64,000 bases of DNA from contig JBLIIE010000003.1 in NCBI GenBank assembly GCA_047634635.1, positions 4,810 through 68,809 of the forward strand. Reading direction: 5' to 3'. Numbering within the stretch: position 1 is the stretch's first letter; each line of letters begins with the position of its first letter. Positions 1-9,853 of the stretch are shown in pieces. The position numbers and the translations under genes were made by a program. The DNA is from Granulosicoccus sp. (GTDB lineage: Bacteria > Pseudomonadota > Gammaproteobacteria > Granulosicoccales > Granulosicoccaceae). Under the pieces are notes generated by a model, which worked only from the letters and a program-made list of their open reading frames with translations, made no database searches and was not told the origin of the DNA.

Positions 1-287
1 AGTCCTTCTTCAGCAGCTTGTAGGTGCGGATCACCGGTACCACCCCACCAGATATCACCTTTGGGGTTACTTGATTCAGCTTTGATTTGGGCATAAGTCT
101 CACCAGAGCTCTTGCGAGTAAGGTTGACCTTTATGCCGGTGGCTTCTTCAAAGCCAGTGGCCATCAATTGGCACCAGTCTTCCTGAGCACTGCAATAATA
201 AGTCAGCTTTTCAGCTGCGTGTAACGGGGTAACAACACTACCGGCCAGTAGGACTGGGGCTAACAACAGTAGACGGGACCTTCTCAT
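1..287 (-). CDS. ABC transporter substrate-binding protein, AfuA/FbpA-like (Fe3+/sugar-phosphate) family; 3' part lies outside the window
   Basis: Manual translation from ATG at 287: MRRSRLLLLAPVLLAGSVVTPLHAAEKLTYYCSAQEDWCQLMATGFEEATGIKVNLTRKSSGETYAQIKAESSNPKGDIWWGGTGDPHLQAAEEG. Signal peptide plus typical family N-terminus. Absent from the ORF track because it has no stop in the window. Confidence 0.85.
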   Translation of the reverse strand, partial: MRRSRLLLLAPVLLAGSVVTPLHAAEKLTYYCSAQEDWCQLMATGFEEATGIKVNLTRKSSGETYAQIKAESSNPKGDIWWGGTGDPHLQAAEEG

Positions 288-530
288 GTTTCACACTCCA
301 AATTCGATGGTTGGTTGAATATTCTTATTTTTATGTCGCTGAGATTGCACGCATTTCTCGAACAAATCAAGGCTAGCAAGAAATTTCATCAGCAGTCATT
401 TAATCGACTCACCTTAAATGTATACCTTTGTACTGCGACAAATAACGTCTTAGAGGCTAATCAGCAAGAGAATTGGCCCTGAATCGGCAAGGTATTAGGC
501 GTTGTCTTAACACGGCCAGAAGTAACAGTC

Positions 531-1106
531 ATGCAAATCACATTTTATAAACTCACACTATTCACACTTCTCTTATTTGCGGTCGCAGCGTGCGGCTCAG
601 GGCAGTCAGCTAACACCACCTCTACTTTATTGGAGGACGAGGTAGTCGAGGTTGTAACAAAATATGACGGCGCATATCAGACATTCTGCGGTACTTCCGT
701 ATTTGCACCTATATCCAACACTGCCGTCACCGTTACCACTATTGACGGAGCCAAAGGACTAATCAATATTTACAACTATCTGGACAAAGGGTGCACCTTA
801 CCTGCGTATCCCAGCCAAACAATCATGGGTGTGTCAATTGCATACCCCGGTAAGACTATTGAGACAGATCGTGGAATTGCCGACTTCGTTGATATCACTG
901 TCGAGTCTGTTATTCTGGATGGCCAATCGCCATCACTAATTCAACAACAGCAATTAGCAAGTTCAAGTATTCTGGGGACTCGCTACGATATCATTCTACT
1001 TCAGGATAGCGCCTTGTATACCGGAGAAAGCACAGAGGTTTTGACTGGCACCACAGCGGCAACTAGAGCAACGACTCTAAGCTCACATCCTTCGATAGAA
1101 CAATAG
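531..1106 (+). CDS. Hypothetical lipoprotein
   Basis: 191 aa; hydrophobic leader ending in the lipobox-like VAAC-GSG; no recognisable domain. Confidence 0.65.
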   Translation: MQITFYKLTLFTLLLFAVAACGSGQSANTTSTLLEDEVVEVVTKYDGAYQTFCGTSVFAPISNTAVTVTTIDGAKGLINIYNYLDKGCTLPAYPSQTIMGVSIAYPGKTIETDRGIADFVDITVESVILDGQSPSLIQQQQLASSSILGTRYDIILLQDSALYTGESTEVLTGTTAATRATTLSSHPSIEQ

Positions 1107-1116
1107 AGTTGTATTA

Positions 1117-2372
1117 TCAGGCTGAAGGGAAATTCATGTAAACCTTGGCACCGCCAAGCGAGTCCCCATCTGACATTATTAGAGTGATATTGTGCCAAAG
1201 CGCTATACGAAGGACAATTGCCAAATCAAATCCGTGACCACGTGTTGCATTATCATCAGGTAAATTCAAACCTTTCTCGAAAGGCTTTATCAAGCGATCA
1301 GGATCTGCACCTTTAAACCCGGGTCCATCATCTTCAATACACACTCTGGTAGATGCGTGATCTGAATCAACAGTAATTTGTATCTCATTTCGTGCAAACT
1401 TAACTGCATTGTTCAGCACATTGTTGAACATCATCTTTAAATATCTTGACTCAGCTATCAGCTGTATCTGTACGGATGAGACATTGAGAACAACCCGGTG
1501 ATGCGTACCTGTTTGACAATCCTGAACACATTCTTCAAGCAACGCTATTAACGAAACATTTTCAAGAGGCATCTGATTAAGTCGCTGGTCCAGCTGGGCA
1601 AACTCAAGCAGCACTTCAACAAGCTCCTCCATCAGCGTTAAATCATGACTAATGCGAAGGATGTAGTCTTCCTGAACAGGCCCACTTACTTGCTCTGAAA
1701 GCGCCCTTAATCTGGCCAAAGGTGTCCTTAGATCGTGTGACACTGCACTACTAAGAAACTTGCTGTCACCCACAAGATCCTGAATTCGCTGAGCCATTCG
1801 ATTGAACTCGGATTCTATATCGTGGAGCTGGCTGTATCTATGCGTAGAAATTCGCTGATGAAGCTCTCTTTCACCAAACTGTTTTGCAGCTGTTGCGAGT
1901 CTATGCAGTCGCTGTACCAATGGATAAAGCCACAATAGAAGCAGAAATACTATCGCTGTATAAAATAGTAACGTCAGGATTAGCCCGAGTCTTGTATCTG
2001 CAGCACGAGGTAGGTCAACAGTCAGAACACGCTGCGTTTTCGGCAATATAAAATAGAATGATATTCCTTTTTCCGATTCGAGAATCCAGGGCTCCGATGA
2101 ATTTAATATTGGCTGCAAGGGTTCTGAAATCGCAATATCGTTGCGATCAATCAGCGCTAAATAGAAACCGTGGTCTCAGCAATGTCTGCGAATGAGGTTA
2201 TTCCTTGTCCCGAACGATCAATCTGGTTTGTCAGTTGATTTCCAAGAACTCGTGCAACAGCAAACGTGTTGTCTGGCGCTTTCAGCCTTGAAAACAAACC
2301 ATCGATTATCCATCCGGCACCTATGATGGAGATAATAACAACAACTAATAGAGATATTCCCAATCTACGCAT
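1117..2372 (-). pseudogene. Sensor histidine kinase (RstB/CpxA-like, HAMP-HisKA-HATPase), frameshifted
   Basis: The N-terminal TM segment (ORF 2157-2372) and the body (ORF 1117-2118) are in different frames. Adding one T at ATTTAG (about 2159-2161) joins them as ...VSILALIDRNDIAISEPLQPILNSS. H-box SHDLRTPLARLR, N-box NNVLNNAVKF and DDGPG are present; the G2 box reads GHGFDL. Confidence 0.8.
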
Positions 2373-2381
2373 TGAGCAACA

Positions 2382-3086
2382 CTACCAAGCATCAGCTGTG
2401 AGCATATACCCTACCCCACGCAACGTTTTTATACGTCGGCGTACATGCGCATCATCCTTGAACTTGCGACGCAATCGCGAAATACAGATATCCACTGAAC
2501 GATCAAAACCATCGTATTCAATGCCACGAATACGTTCAATTAATGACTCTCGTGACATCGTTTTCCCACCATTAGTGGCCAACACCTGCAGGACATCATA
2601 CTCATGTGTCGAAAGTGCAACGACCGTATTAAACAGCATGACTGTCCGCAAACGGGTGTCTATGCACAACCCACCAATACGGATAATGGGCACAACGGTT
2701 GTTTTTTGGCTGCGTCGCAACAGCGCCCGTAAACGTGCTAATAAAATGCTCGGCTTTACCGGTTTCGCCAGATAATCATCTGCACCTGTATCCAACCCCT
2801 CAACTTCATCACTATACGTATCGCGTGCGGTCAGCATGATTATCAGATTATCAAAAAACAGCCGAGCTTGACGACACACTTCCAACCCATCCATAACGGG
2901 TAGATTCAAATCCAGAATTACGGCGTCTGGCGAATCATTTTTAATTAATTCAAGAGCTGCATCCCCTCGAGTCGCAACCGTTACCAGAAAATCATGTGTC
3001 TCCAAATAATCAGCTATCCAACGAGCCAGGGATTCGTCATCCTCGACAACCATGATGTGTTGGGCGATTTCGGGTAAATCAAACAT
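2382..3086 (-). CDS. OmpR-family response regulator (RstA-like)
   Basis: Receiver motifs VVEDD, ILDLNLP, MLTA and DYLAKP; winged-helix C-terminus RSVDICISRLRRK...IKTLRGVGY. Confidence 0.93.
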   Translation of the reverse strand: MFDLPEIAQHIMVVEDDESLARWIADYLETHDFLVTVATRGDAALELIKNDSPDAVILDLNLPVMDGLEVCRQARLFFDNLIIMLTARDTYSDEVEGLDTGADDYLAKPVKPSILLARLRALLRRSQKTTVVPIIRIGGLCIDTRLRTVMLFNTVVALSTHEYDVLQVLATNGGKTMSRESLIERIRGIEYDGFDRSVDICISRLRRKFKDDAHVRRRIKTLRGVGYMLTADAW

Positions 3087-3089
3087 AGT

Positions 3090-3482
3090 TTAAAACAACC
3101 TCCAGCCACTGGAACTTCGCTTGCCCGTTCGGTACACCCAGGCGGTATTAGCAGTGATAGTTGCGACAATAAACCCAGTGGCACTCAGGCGTAATGAAAA
3201 CGACTCTGAGGTTTCTGATGCGTACTAATGAACGAATTCATCACTTTCACCGTTAGCAAAAAAAAGCAGTCTGCCATGAGTATCGCTGAAGAGGCAGTAG
3301 TCAAGTGCATCGTCAGTCTCCCAGAAAAATCGAATATCCTGGAAACATAGCTGTCCTTTATTCAGTGCAACACACGAAGCAGGCTTCACCTTAAGTCGCA
3401 TAGTGTTTTCAAACCCATTCGCTATTGTTGGACGCGTCGTCAACAGGCACACTCCTGTCAGGAGCAGCCAGATTGATTTTTT
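3090..3482 (-). pseudogene. DUF3019-like secreted protein with an internal stop codon
   Basis: ORF 3225-3452 (LKVKPASCVALNKGQLCFQDIRFFW...YCL) stops at TAG 3225-3227. The same frame continues YASETSESFSLRLSATGFIVATITANTAWVYRTGKRSSSGWRLF* to 3090, the typical WxLF end of this family. The 5' end is also damaged. Confidence 0.65.
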
Positions 3483-3713
3483 CTACAGATGTTCACGACG
3501 AATTAGACCCTGGAAAACATAGTGAATTCCCGAAGAAAGAATTACATCACTGCTGTTCACCACTAAAGGGCTATTTGTTACTGAGTTCGGATACTCGCGA
3601 TATCGCAATCGTGTGGTGTAAACCCAGTTTTCTCTAACGGGTAAGCTAGCGCCAAACTCTACCTCAGGAATCCATGCCTGATTGGCTGAATACTGAGGGA
3701 AACGTTTTCGTGT
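3483..3713 (-). pseudogene. 3' remnant of a MipA/OmpV-family outer-membrane protein
   Basis: Start-less frame: TRKRFPQYSANQAWIPEVEFGASLPVRENWVYTTRLRYREYPNSVTNSPLVVNSSDVILSSGIHYVF (F at 3513-3515). This resembles the MipA C-terminus (SPLV...G-x-x-Y-x-F), and the position upstream of DUF3019-RR-HK is the usual one. Confidence 0.6.
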
Positions 3714-3720
3714 CTATCGA

Positions 3721-4656
3721 CTAAGTTTTGACTGGTAGATAAACTTCAGTTATTAGATCATTCTCATCCACTTCAGCAGGATTGTTCAAAAATCTTTCAA
3801 ACGGTGGTTGAGATTTTAAAATTTTGAGATTTCGCTCTTTTACTTCTGCCATGACCAATGACCATGCATTCCCAAGGTGGCGATAAGGGCCTGCATGTAT
3901 AACTTTAAAGGCTTTGCAAGCAGGCCTTATTGCAGCTACGAAGGGCGCCTCCACTGGCGTGGGATCATACGTTGGCACTGCTACGGTGTAATCGTAACGA
4001 TGTGTTTTAAAGTCAGTGGCATTATAAAAGCATATTGGCGACCCGCTAATGGAAAACGGTTCTGAGGTGGATGCGTCCATCAAACTTTTAAAACTGCCTC
4101 CCATTGAACTGAGTAATTCAGGCATCGGAACCTCTGCGCCAATACCCACATAATAGATTTGATCAACGTCTACGATGCCATCAATAGTTGTCGAGGAACG
4201 AATGCTGCCTGTCTCGATGTAGTCTTTCAGCAGTGAAAGCCCTCGGTTGTAGTCTGACTTGATCATTCCTAGCATCATCGGCTTCATCCACAACATGAAA
4301 AACGGCAAACTGCTTTTCATGTACCAAGTAACTCGTGATTGGCCATCTTCTAGCGGCTGAAGATCGAAGGCAACTTCTGCTTCCGACTTGAAAGGCTTCA
4401 AAAAATGCAAATCACAATCAACGCGACTGGCGGACGAATTTAATAATGTCATTCCACCGGAACCTGTTTTAGTACCTTGCCAATCGTAGCCATGCCCAGT
4501 CTTCCCCACCTCGCCGCGATAGGTTACTAATGTCTCAGGCTCCACATACAACCAGGGCGACCAAATAGGCCAGGTGTTGAAGTCCACCAAAACATCTAGA
4601 ATTCTTTCTGTAGGAGCAGCAATGTCAATAGTGGAGTCAACGTTAATTTTTGGCAC
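3721..4656 (-). CDS. SRPBCC (START-like) domain fused to a GyrI-like small-molecule-binding domain
   Basis: N-terminus IDIAAPTERILDVLVDFNTWPIWSPW; C-terminus HAGPYRHLGNAW...PPFERFLNNP...LITEVYLP. Start moved from 4779 to GTG 4656, which has an upstream AAGGA RBS. Confidence 0.8.
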   Translation of the reverse strand: MPKINVDSTIDIAAPTERILDVLVDFNTWPIWSPWLYVEPETLVTYRGEVGKTGHGYDWQGTKTGSGGMTLLNSSASRVDCDLHFLKPFKSEAEVAFDLQPLEDGQSRVTWYMKSSLPFFMLWMKPMMLGMIKSDYNRGLSLLKDYIETGSIRSSTTIDGIVDVDQIYYVGIGAEVPMPELLSSMGGSFKSLMDASTSEPFSISGSPICFYNATDFKTHRYDYTVAVPTYDPTPVEAPFVAAIRPACKAFKVIHAGPYRHLGNAWSLVMAEVKERNLKILKSQPPFERFLNNPAEVDENDLITEVYLPVKT

Positions 4657-4798
4657 GGATCTATCCTTTAGCTTCCAAAGGATGCAAGCGTAGCAACCTC
4701 GGACGGCTTTTCGAAATCTGGCTGGAATTTGAAACAGTCCACGCTTTCGGACCGACGACACCACAGTACCGAAAAGCAAGGCACTAATTACTAATCAT

Positions 4799-5641
4799 TT
4801 GCATGCAACGCGCCGATATCTAATTGTGGATAAGCTGCCTACCTATTACCAACTACTGCACGTGCAGTCCGATGCCCCTGCTCCCGTTATAAAGGCTAGC
4901 TACAGGGCAATGATGCAAAAAATGCGACTTCACCCTGATTTAGGAGGGGATGAACTGCTAGCTCAGCGACTCAACGAAGCAGTGGCTACTCTGTGCAAGG
5001 CCGATCGTCGACAACAATACGACCACTGGTTGGCTGCAAATATTCGAGCTACAGCCCCTTCATACGCTGCGCCTGTCAAAGAGCCCACTTCTAAAGACAC
5101 TAGGAGCGAGTCAGGCAGCCCTGGTAGCTCCAATGATGAAGCTACTGGCCATGAAGCTCCCTCCAGCGCAGATCAAGGCGACCGAATCCAACTACCCCGT
5201 CGCAAACAATGCCCATTTTGCCACGCTGCTTACCCGTCCACACGAACGGGTGCTTTTGGGTATCAGAAAAATAATCATTGTGCTCAATGCAAAGGAGCTA
5301 CCACACCCATCGAGAGCATTTCATTGGGATCAGCTGACGATATCCGTAAAATCTACCGGCTTAGTCACCACTCTCAAGTCTGGATGCATACAGAGTGGCC
5401 CATAAAAACTGCAATATCGGCCACCATGACTGACCTATCGATCGCAGGCTGTGCAATCCATTGCACCAGTGCGCTCACGTTGCAATCTGTGATCATGCTG
5501 AATACACCCATGCTCAACAGCATCTGCCAAGTCAGATATCAGAAGCCACTAGGGCCGACTGAGCTTTACAGCATCGGCCTGGAATTTCTCACATTGGATA
5601 TTTTCGCAGGCCCTGGCAGCGTCTTCTCGGCGACTGCCTGA
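4799..5641 (+). CDS. J-domain protein with a Cys4 zinc-ribbon-like segment and a C-terminal PilZ domain
   Basis: YYQLL...IKASYR...HPDLGG...LNEA...RRQQYD (J-domain); CPFC...CAQC; RKIYR (RxxxR) and DLSIAG (DxSxxG) PilZ motifs. True start may be the GTG a few codons downstream. Confidence 0.8.
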   Translation: MHATRRYLIVDKLPTYYQLLHVQSDAPAPVIKASYRAMMQKMRLHPDLGGDELLAQRLNEAVATLCKADRRQQYDHWLAANIRATAPSYAAPVKEPTSKDTRSESGSPGSSNDEATGHEAPSSADQGDRIQLPRRKQCPFCHAAYPSTRTGAFGYQKNNHCAQCKGATTPIESISLGSADDIRKIYRLSHHSQVWMHTEWPIKTAISATMTDLSIAGCAIHCTSALTLQSVIMLNTPMLNSICQVRYQKPLGPTELYSIGLEFLTLDIFAGPGSVFSATA

Positions 5642-5682
5642 CTCGAAAACCCAGGACTTCGGGGCCCAGGCTGGACAGAAAA

Positions 5683-6237
5683 CTACAAAGGGACCCAACC
5701 TAGCTGACGATTGCCACTGTCAAGTGCCACTGTGTGCGGGTCAGCTGACGTCTTTTCGCTAGTCAGATTCACCATGCCCCATAATCCGAAGCGGTTACAG
5801 ACGCAGGCATCAATAACCTGAAGAGTCGCGTTTAAGGCTGTCTCACCCAGGCGCTCTCCTCTGGGCGTTTGGTAAACAACACCATCCCAATCTGCAACCA
5901 GTTTTGTCATTGCGTTCATGACAAGAAAGGAATAAGGCTTGTAACTTAAACCATCGTGGTGCTCAACCCATTCCACAGACTCAGGTACAGACGTTTCACG
6001 GCCAATCAGCGCAACAGCATCTGATTCATTAATCTCATCTACATAAACTCGTTCATTAGGGTCGATCTGATAGTGGATCACATCGTCATTGGAATGACGG
6101 AATTCATAGACAGCAGTGCGAAACTCGCGTCCACCCTCGACTCCCATGAGCTGCCCAACAGCACGACGTGGCTGAACATGTCGCGCGTCCAGCTGAACGG
6201 GCGTAAAGGGTAATGTGCTGGAAAGTTGTATTTTCAT
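5683..6237 (-). CDS. Hypothetical protein
   Basis: 184 aa ORF with an ATG start and ordinary composition; no family recognised. Confidence 0.55.
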   Translation of the reverse strand: MKIQLSSTLPFTPVQLDARHVQPRRAVGQLMGVEGGREFRTAVYEFRHSNDDVIHYQIDPNERVYVDEINESDAVALIGRETSVPESVEWVEHHDGLSYKPYSFLVMNAMTKLVADWDGVVYQTPRGERLGETALNATLQVIDACVCNRFGLWGMVNLTSEKTSADPHTVALDSGNRQLGWVPL

Positions 6238-6639
6238 GTTTTAGTCAACGACGCCTGCATTCGGTGAAGATTCATTAAACGACATCGCCGCTTGTAGATG
6301 AGGGTGGGAAACCGGTTGAATTCTGATCAATTATGCCTTACGGGTTATCTTGCCAATCTGTAGGACCAATAATGATCATGAGTCACGAGTTTGAGTGCCA
6401 TACTCTCACCACACCCGATGGTACAAATGAACTGGCACTGCTCGCAAGCAACGACTGGCAAACACCAACCCACCAGATTAAAAGCAAGACCCAGTAAACT
6501 ATAGCCTAGGAATCTGGACTTTCATGCCTGAGATCTAGGTTACTGCCATGGATCTGGCGCACAACTTGCCAAACTACCCTTCATCAGCATTGGTTTATGC
6601 CAATGCAATTTCTGAAATCCTTTCTACAGACTCATTACA

Positions 6640-8493
6640 ATGAACGAAATCGTCACACTATCAGTGGAAATGGCCATCGTGCTGTTTCTGCTTGCCGTGA
6701 CGGTCTACATGTTTGCGTTTTCGAAAGTGCGCGTGGATGTTGTCGCCTTAATCGTAATGGTGACACTGGGATTGGTATCCAATCTGCCAGGCATTGACCC
6801 GATTCTCAATCTGAAGGAATTATTTTCCGGGTTCTCCAGTAATGCCGTAATCTCGATTATTGGGGTGATGATCATTGGACGTGGATTGGACAAAACGGGT
6901 CTGATGGCACGAATAGCCCAATTGATTCTCAGGATCGGAGGGAAATCCGAATCCCGCATCAGTCCTTTGATGTCAGGAATTGCAGCTCTGGCTTCCAGCT
7001 TCATGCAAAACATAGGCGTGGCAGCACTTTTTCTACCTGTCGTAAGCCGTGTTTCCGCACGCACAGGAATCCCCATGAGCCGCCTTCTCATGCCGGTGGG
7101 TTTTTGCATCATTCTGGGTGGAACCGCAACCATGATCGGATCCAGCCCGCTCATCCTGCTTAACGACCTGATCATGACATCCAATTTGCAGCTGCCAGCA
7201 CAATCGCAAATGAAAAGCTTCGGGTTGTTTGCTGTGCTCCCGATAGGGTTTGCACTGACTATTTCCGGACTACTCTATTTTATGATTGCGGGGCGTTTCA
7301 TGTTGCCCAAAGCAGATCCGGATTCCAATAGAACGTCACGAACTGATGATTACTTCCAGAGTCTTTATGGCATAAGCGGTGAATTACTCGAATCCCAAGT
7401 GACTGTTGACAGCCCAATGGTCGGTTTGAGTATTCATCAAATAGAAGAAACCTACCCGAAACTGCCCTTCATCCTTGCACTCTACAGTGGGGATGTCGTC
7501 AAAATTCCACCAGACCGGGAAGAGACGGTGTGGGTAAACACACGCCTTGGCTTGTTAGGTGACCGCAAAGAGGTGGAAGCCTTCTGTGCCGAATACCACT
7601 GGACGTTAAAAGGCGAGCCGGAGCGATTCTCCAAAGTGCTGAATGCACAATATAGTGGCATCGGTGAAATCGTAATTCCACCGGCTTCTTCCCTGGTTGG
7701 ACAAGCCATTGGCGATATCAAGCCTCGGCGCAGTTTTGGCATAAACATTATGCAGATCTATCGGGCAGATCAGGTTATAAAGACCGGTTTTCGCGACACA
7801 ATACTTCACTCCGGAGACACACTCGTCGTTCATTCCACCTGGAAGGATCTCAATAAGCTCAAGAACAATCGGGATGTTGTTGTAGCCACTGACGTTAAAT
7901 ATGAGGATCTGCGGGATGACAAATTAAAGCCTGCTCTTTTCTTCTTTTTTACATCGCTACTGCTCTTCATGTTAACTGACACGCTGTCCATATCTTTGCT
8001 GGCAGGTGCTTTGGGAATGATTCTTTCCGGTGTGCTAACAATCGACGAAGCGTACAACGCTGTAAGCTTGCAAACAGTTTTCCTGCTGGCCTGTCTAATT
8101 CCATTAGGCATAGCAGTTGACCAATCTGGTGCCGCTCTCTGGATCGCCGATCACTTATTAACGTTAATTGGCGATGTACCCATCTGGGTCATGCAAACCG
8201 TAATTGCAGGTCTGGCGACGTTTTTTACGCTTGTAATGTCCAACATCGGAGCGACGGTGTTGCTGGTACCCCTAGCCGTTAATATCGCGGTGAGTATTGA
8301 TGCCGATCCCGCCATGTTTGCGCTGACCGTTGCGATTTCCACGTCTAATGCCTTCCTGATACCCACAAATCAGGTCAACGCCTTAATTATGGGACCAGGC
8401 GGTTACAGCGTTGCTGATTTCATGCGGGTCGGTGGTGTGATGACCATTCTGTATCTGGCAGTCAGTCTATTGGTAATGAATTACTTCATGTAG
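6640..8493 (+). CDS. SLC13/CitMHS-family permease with two TrkA-C domains
   Basis: Motifs GFSSNAVISIIGVMIIGRGL, SSFMQNIG, LGGTATMIGSSP and SNAFLIPTNQVNALIMGPGGY; hydrophilic central TrkA-C repeats. Confidence 0.9.
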   Translation: MNEIVTLSVEMAIVLFLLAVTVYMFAFSKVRVDVVALIVMVTLGLVSNLPGIDPILNLKELFSGFSSNAVISIIGVMIIGRGLDKTGLMARIAQLILRIGGKSESRISPLMSGIAALASSFMQNIGVAALFLPVVSRVSARTGIPMSRLLMPVGFCIILGGTATMIGSSPLILLNDLIMTSNLQLPAQSQMKSFGLFAVLPIGFALTISGLLYFMIAGRFMLPKADPDSNRTSRTDDYFQSLYGISGELLESQVTVDSPMVGLSIHQIEETYPKLPFILALYSGDVVKIPPDREETVWVNTRLGLLGDRKEVEAFCAEYHWTLKGEPERFSKVLNAQYSGIGEIVIPPASSLVGQAIGDIKPRRSFGINIMQIYRADQVIKTGFRDTILHSGDTLVVHSTWKDLNKLKNNRDVVVATDVKYEDLRDDKLKPALFFFFTSLLLFMLTDTLSISLLAGALGMILSGVLTIDEAYNAVSLQTVFLLACLIPLGIAVDQSGAALWIADHLLTLIGDVPIWVMQTVIAGLATFFTLVMSNIGATVLLVPLAVNIAVSIDADPAMFALTVAISTSNAFLIPTNQVNALIMGPGGYSVADFMRVGGVMTILYLAVSLLVMNYFM

Positions 8494-8621
8494 GCATTAG
8501 CTTTTTCGCATTGTCAACAGCACGCGAGTCGCAGACAGAACAGTTCTTTTGCTGCCAGGAGCTTGACCCAGCTCATACCAAACGGCAACATCCGCCTCCA
8601 TCTCAATAGGAGCTTGTACTC

Positions 8622-9836
8622 ATGGATATGCCACGCCTTGTCGACTACACCGGGAACGGTGAACGCGCGGCCCCCACCTTCTCAGCACCCGAAATGCAAC
8701 GTCGCCAGGGCGCAGTTCACGCCTTGATGGCATCCCTGGATATAGATGCTGCCCTGTTCACGTCCTACCAAAACATCTGTTACCTGTCTGATTTTCTGTA
8801 TTGTCGATTTGGTCGTCGATATGGCTTGGTTTTAGACGGTAACAACGCAACATCCATCAGTGCGGGTATTGATGGTGGCCAACCCTGGCGCCGAACCTAC
8901 GGTCACAATGTGACCTATACCGATTGGCAACACGATAACTATTTCCATGCCGCGAAAAACTTGATTGGAAAAGCTCGACGCATTGGCATAGAGTTTGATC
9001 ACGTGGATATCGAATTTCGCGCACTTCTGGAACACCATTTTCCAGAAGCAGAATTTGTCGATATTGCAGCCCCCTCGATGCATTTGCGCATGATTAAATC
9101 TGACGAAGAAATTGCGCACATCACCCAAATGACACGCATTGCCGATTTGGGTGGTGCCGCCGTTGTAGATGCGATTGGAATCGGTGTCCCCGAGCACGAA
9201 GTAGCTCTGGCAAGTACGGCTGCCATGGTGCGCGAAATTGCCAACACCTGGCCAAACGGCGAATTGTTGGATACCTGGACTTGGTTCCAGTCAGGATTGA
9301 ATACCGACGGTGCTCATAATCCAGTGACCAGTAGACGAATCGAACAAGGCGATATCCTGAGCCTGAATTGTTTCCCGATGGTAGCCGGCTATTATGTCGC
9401 TTTGGAGCGCACCCTATTTGCGGGTGAAGTCGATGACGCTTCTCGCCGTATGTGGGAAATAAACTGCGAAGTACACGATCGGGGCAAAGAGCTTTTGGTA
9501 GAAGGCGCACGCTGCAGTGACGTAGCTAAGGAATTGAATGAACTCTACGCCAGCTACGACCTGCTTCAGTACCGCTCATTTGGCTATGGCCACTCATTTG
9601 GAGTTCTATGCCATTACTATGGACGTGAAGCGGGCCTGGAATTACGCGAAGATTGCGACACCGTGCTGGAACCCGGTATGGTAGTGTCAATGGAACCAAT
9701 GATTACCATACCCGAAGGATTACCGGGTGCAGGCGGCTATCGTGAGCATGACATACTGGTGATAGAGGCTGGCGCTAACCAACCTAAGAATATCACGGGC
9801 TTTGCCTATGGGCCTGATCATCTAATCGTTAAATAA
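8622..9836 (+). CDS. Creatinase (creatine amidinohydrolase, M24 fold)
   Basis: Creatinase signatures YCRFGRRYGLV, SAGIDGGQPWRR, TWTWFQSGLNTDGAHNPVT, SLNCFPM, GYGHSFG..HYYGREAGLELRED and GYREHDIL. Confidence 0.9.
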   Translation: MDMPRLVDYTGNGERAAPTFSAPEMQRRQGAVHALMASLDIDAALFTSYQNICYLSDFLYCRFGRRYGLVLDGNNATSISAGIDGGQPWRRTYGHNVTYTDWQHDNYFHAAKNLIGKARRIGIEFDHVDIEFRALLEHHFPEAEFVDIAAPSMHLRMIKSDEEIAHITQMTRIADLGGAAVVDAIGIGVPEHEVALASTAAMVREIANTWPNGELLDTWTWFQSGLNTDGAHNPVTSRRIEQGDILSLNCFPMVAGYYVALERTLFAGEVDDASRRMWEINCEVHDRGKELLVEGARCSDVAKELNELYASYDLLQYRSFGYGHSFGVLCHYYGREAGLELREDCDTVLEPGMVVSMEPMITIPEGLPGAGGYREHDILVIEAGANQPKNITGFAYGPDHLIVK

Positions 9837-9853
9837 AGGTGTAATTAAACGTT

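Noticed and set aside
6372-6643. 41-codon ORF (MIMSHEFECH...) and broken downstream frames before the SLC13 gene
   Set aside because: May be another remnant, but I could not recognise any family.
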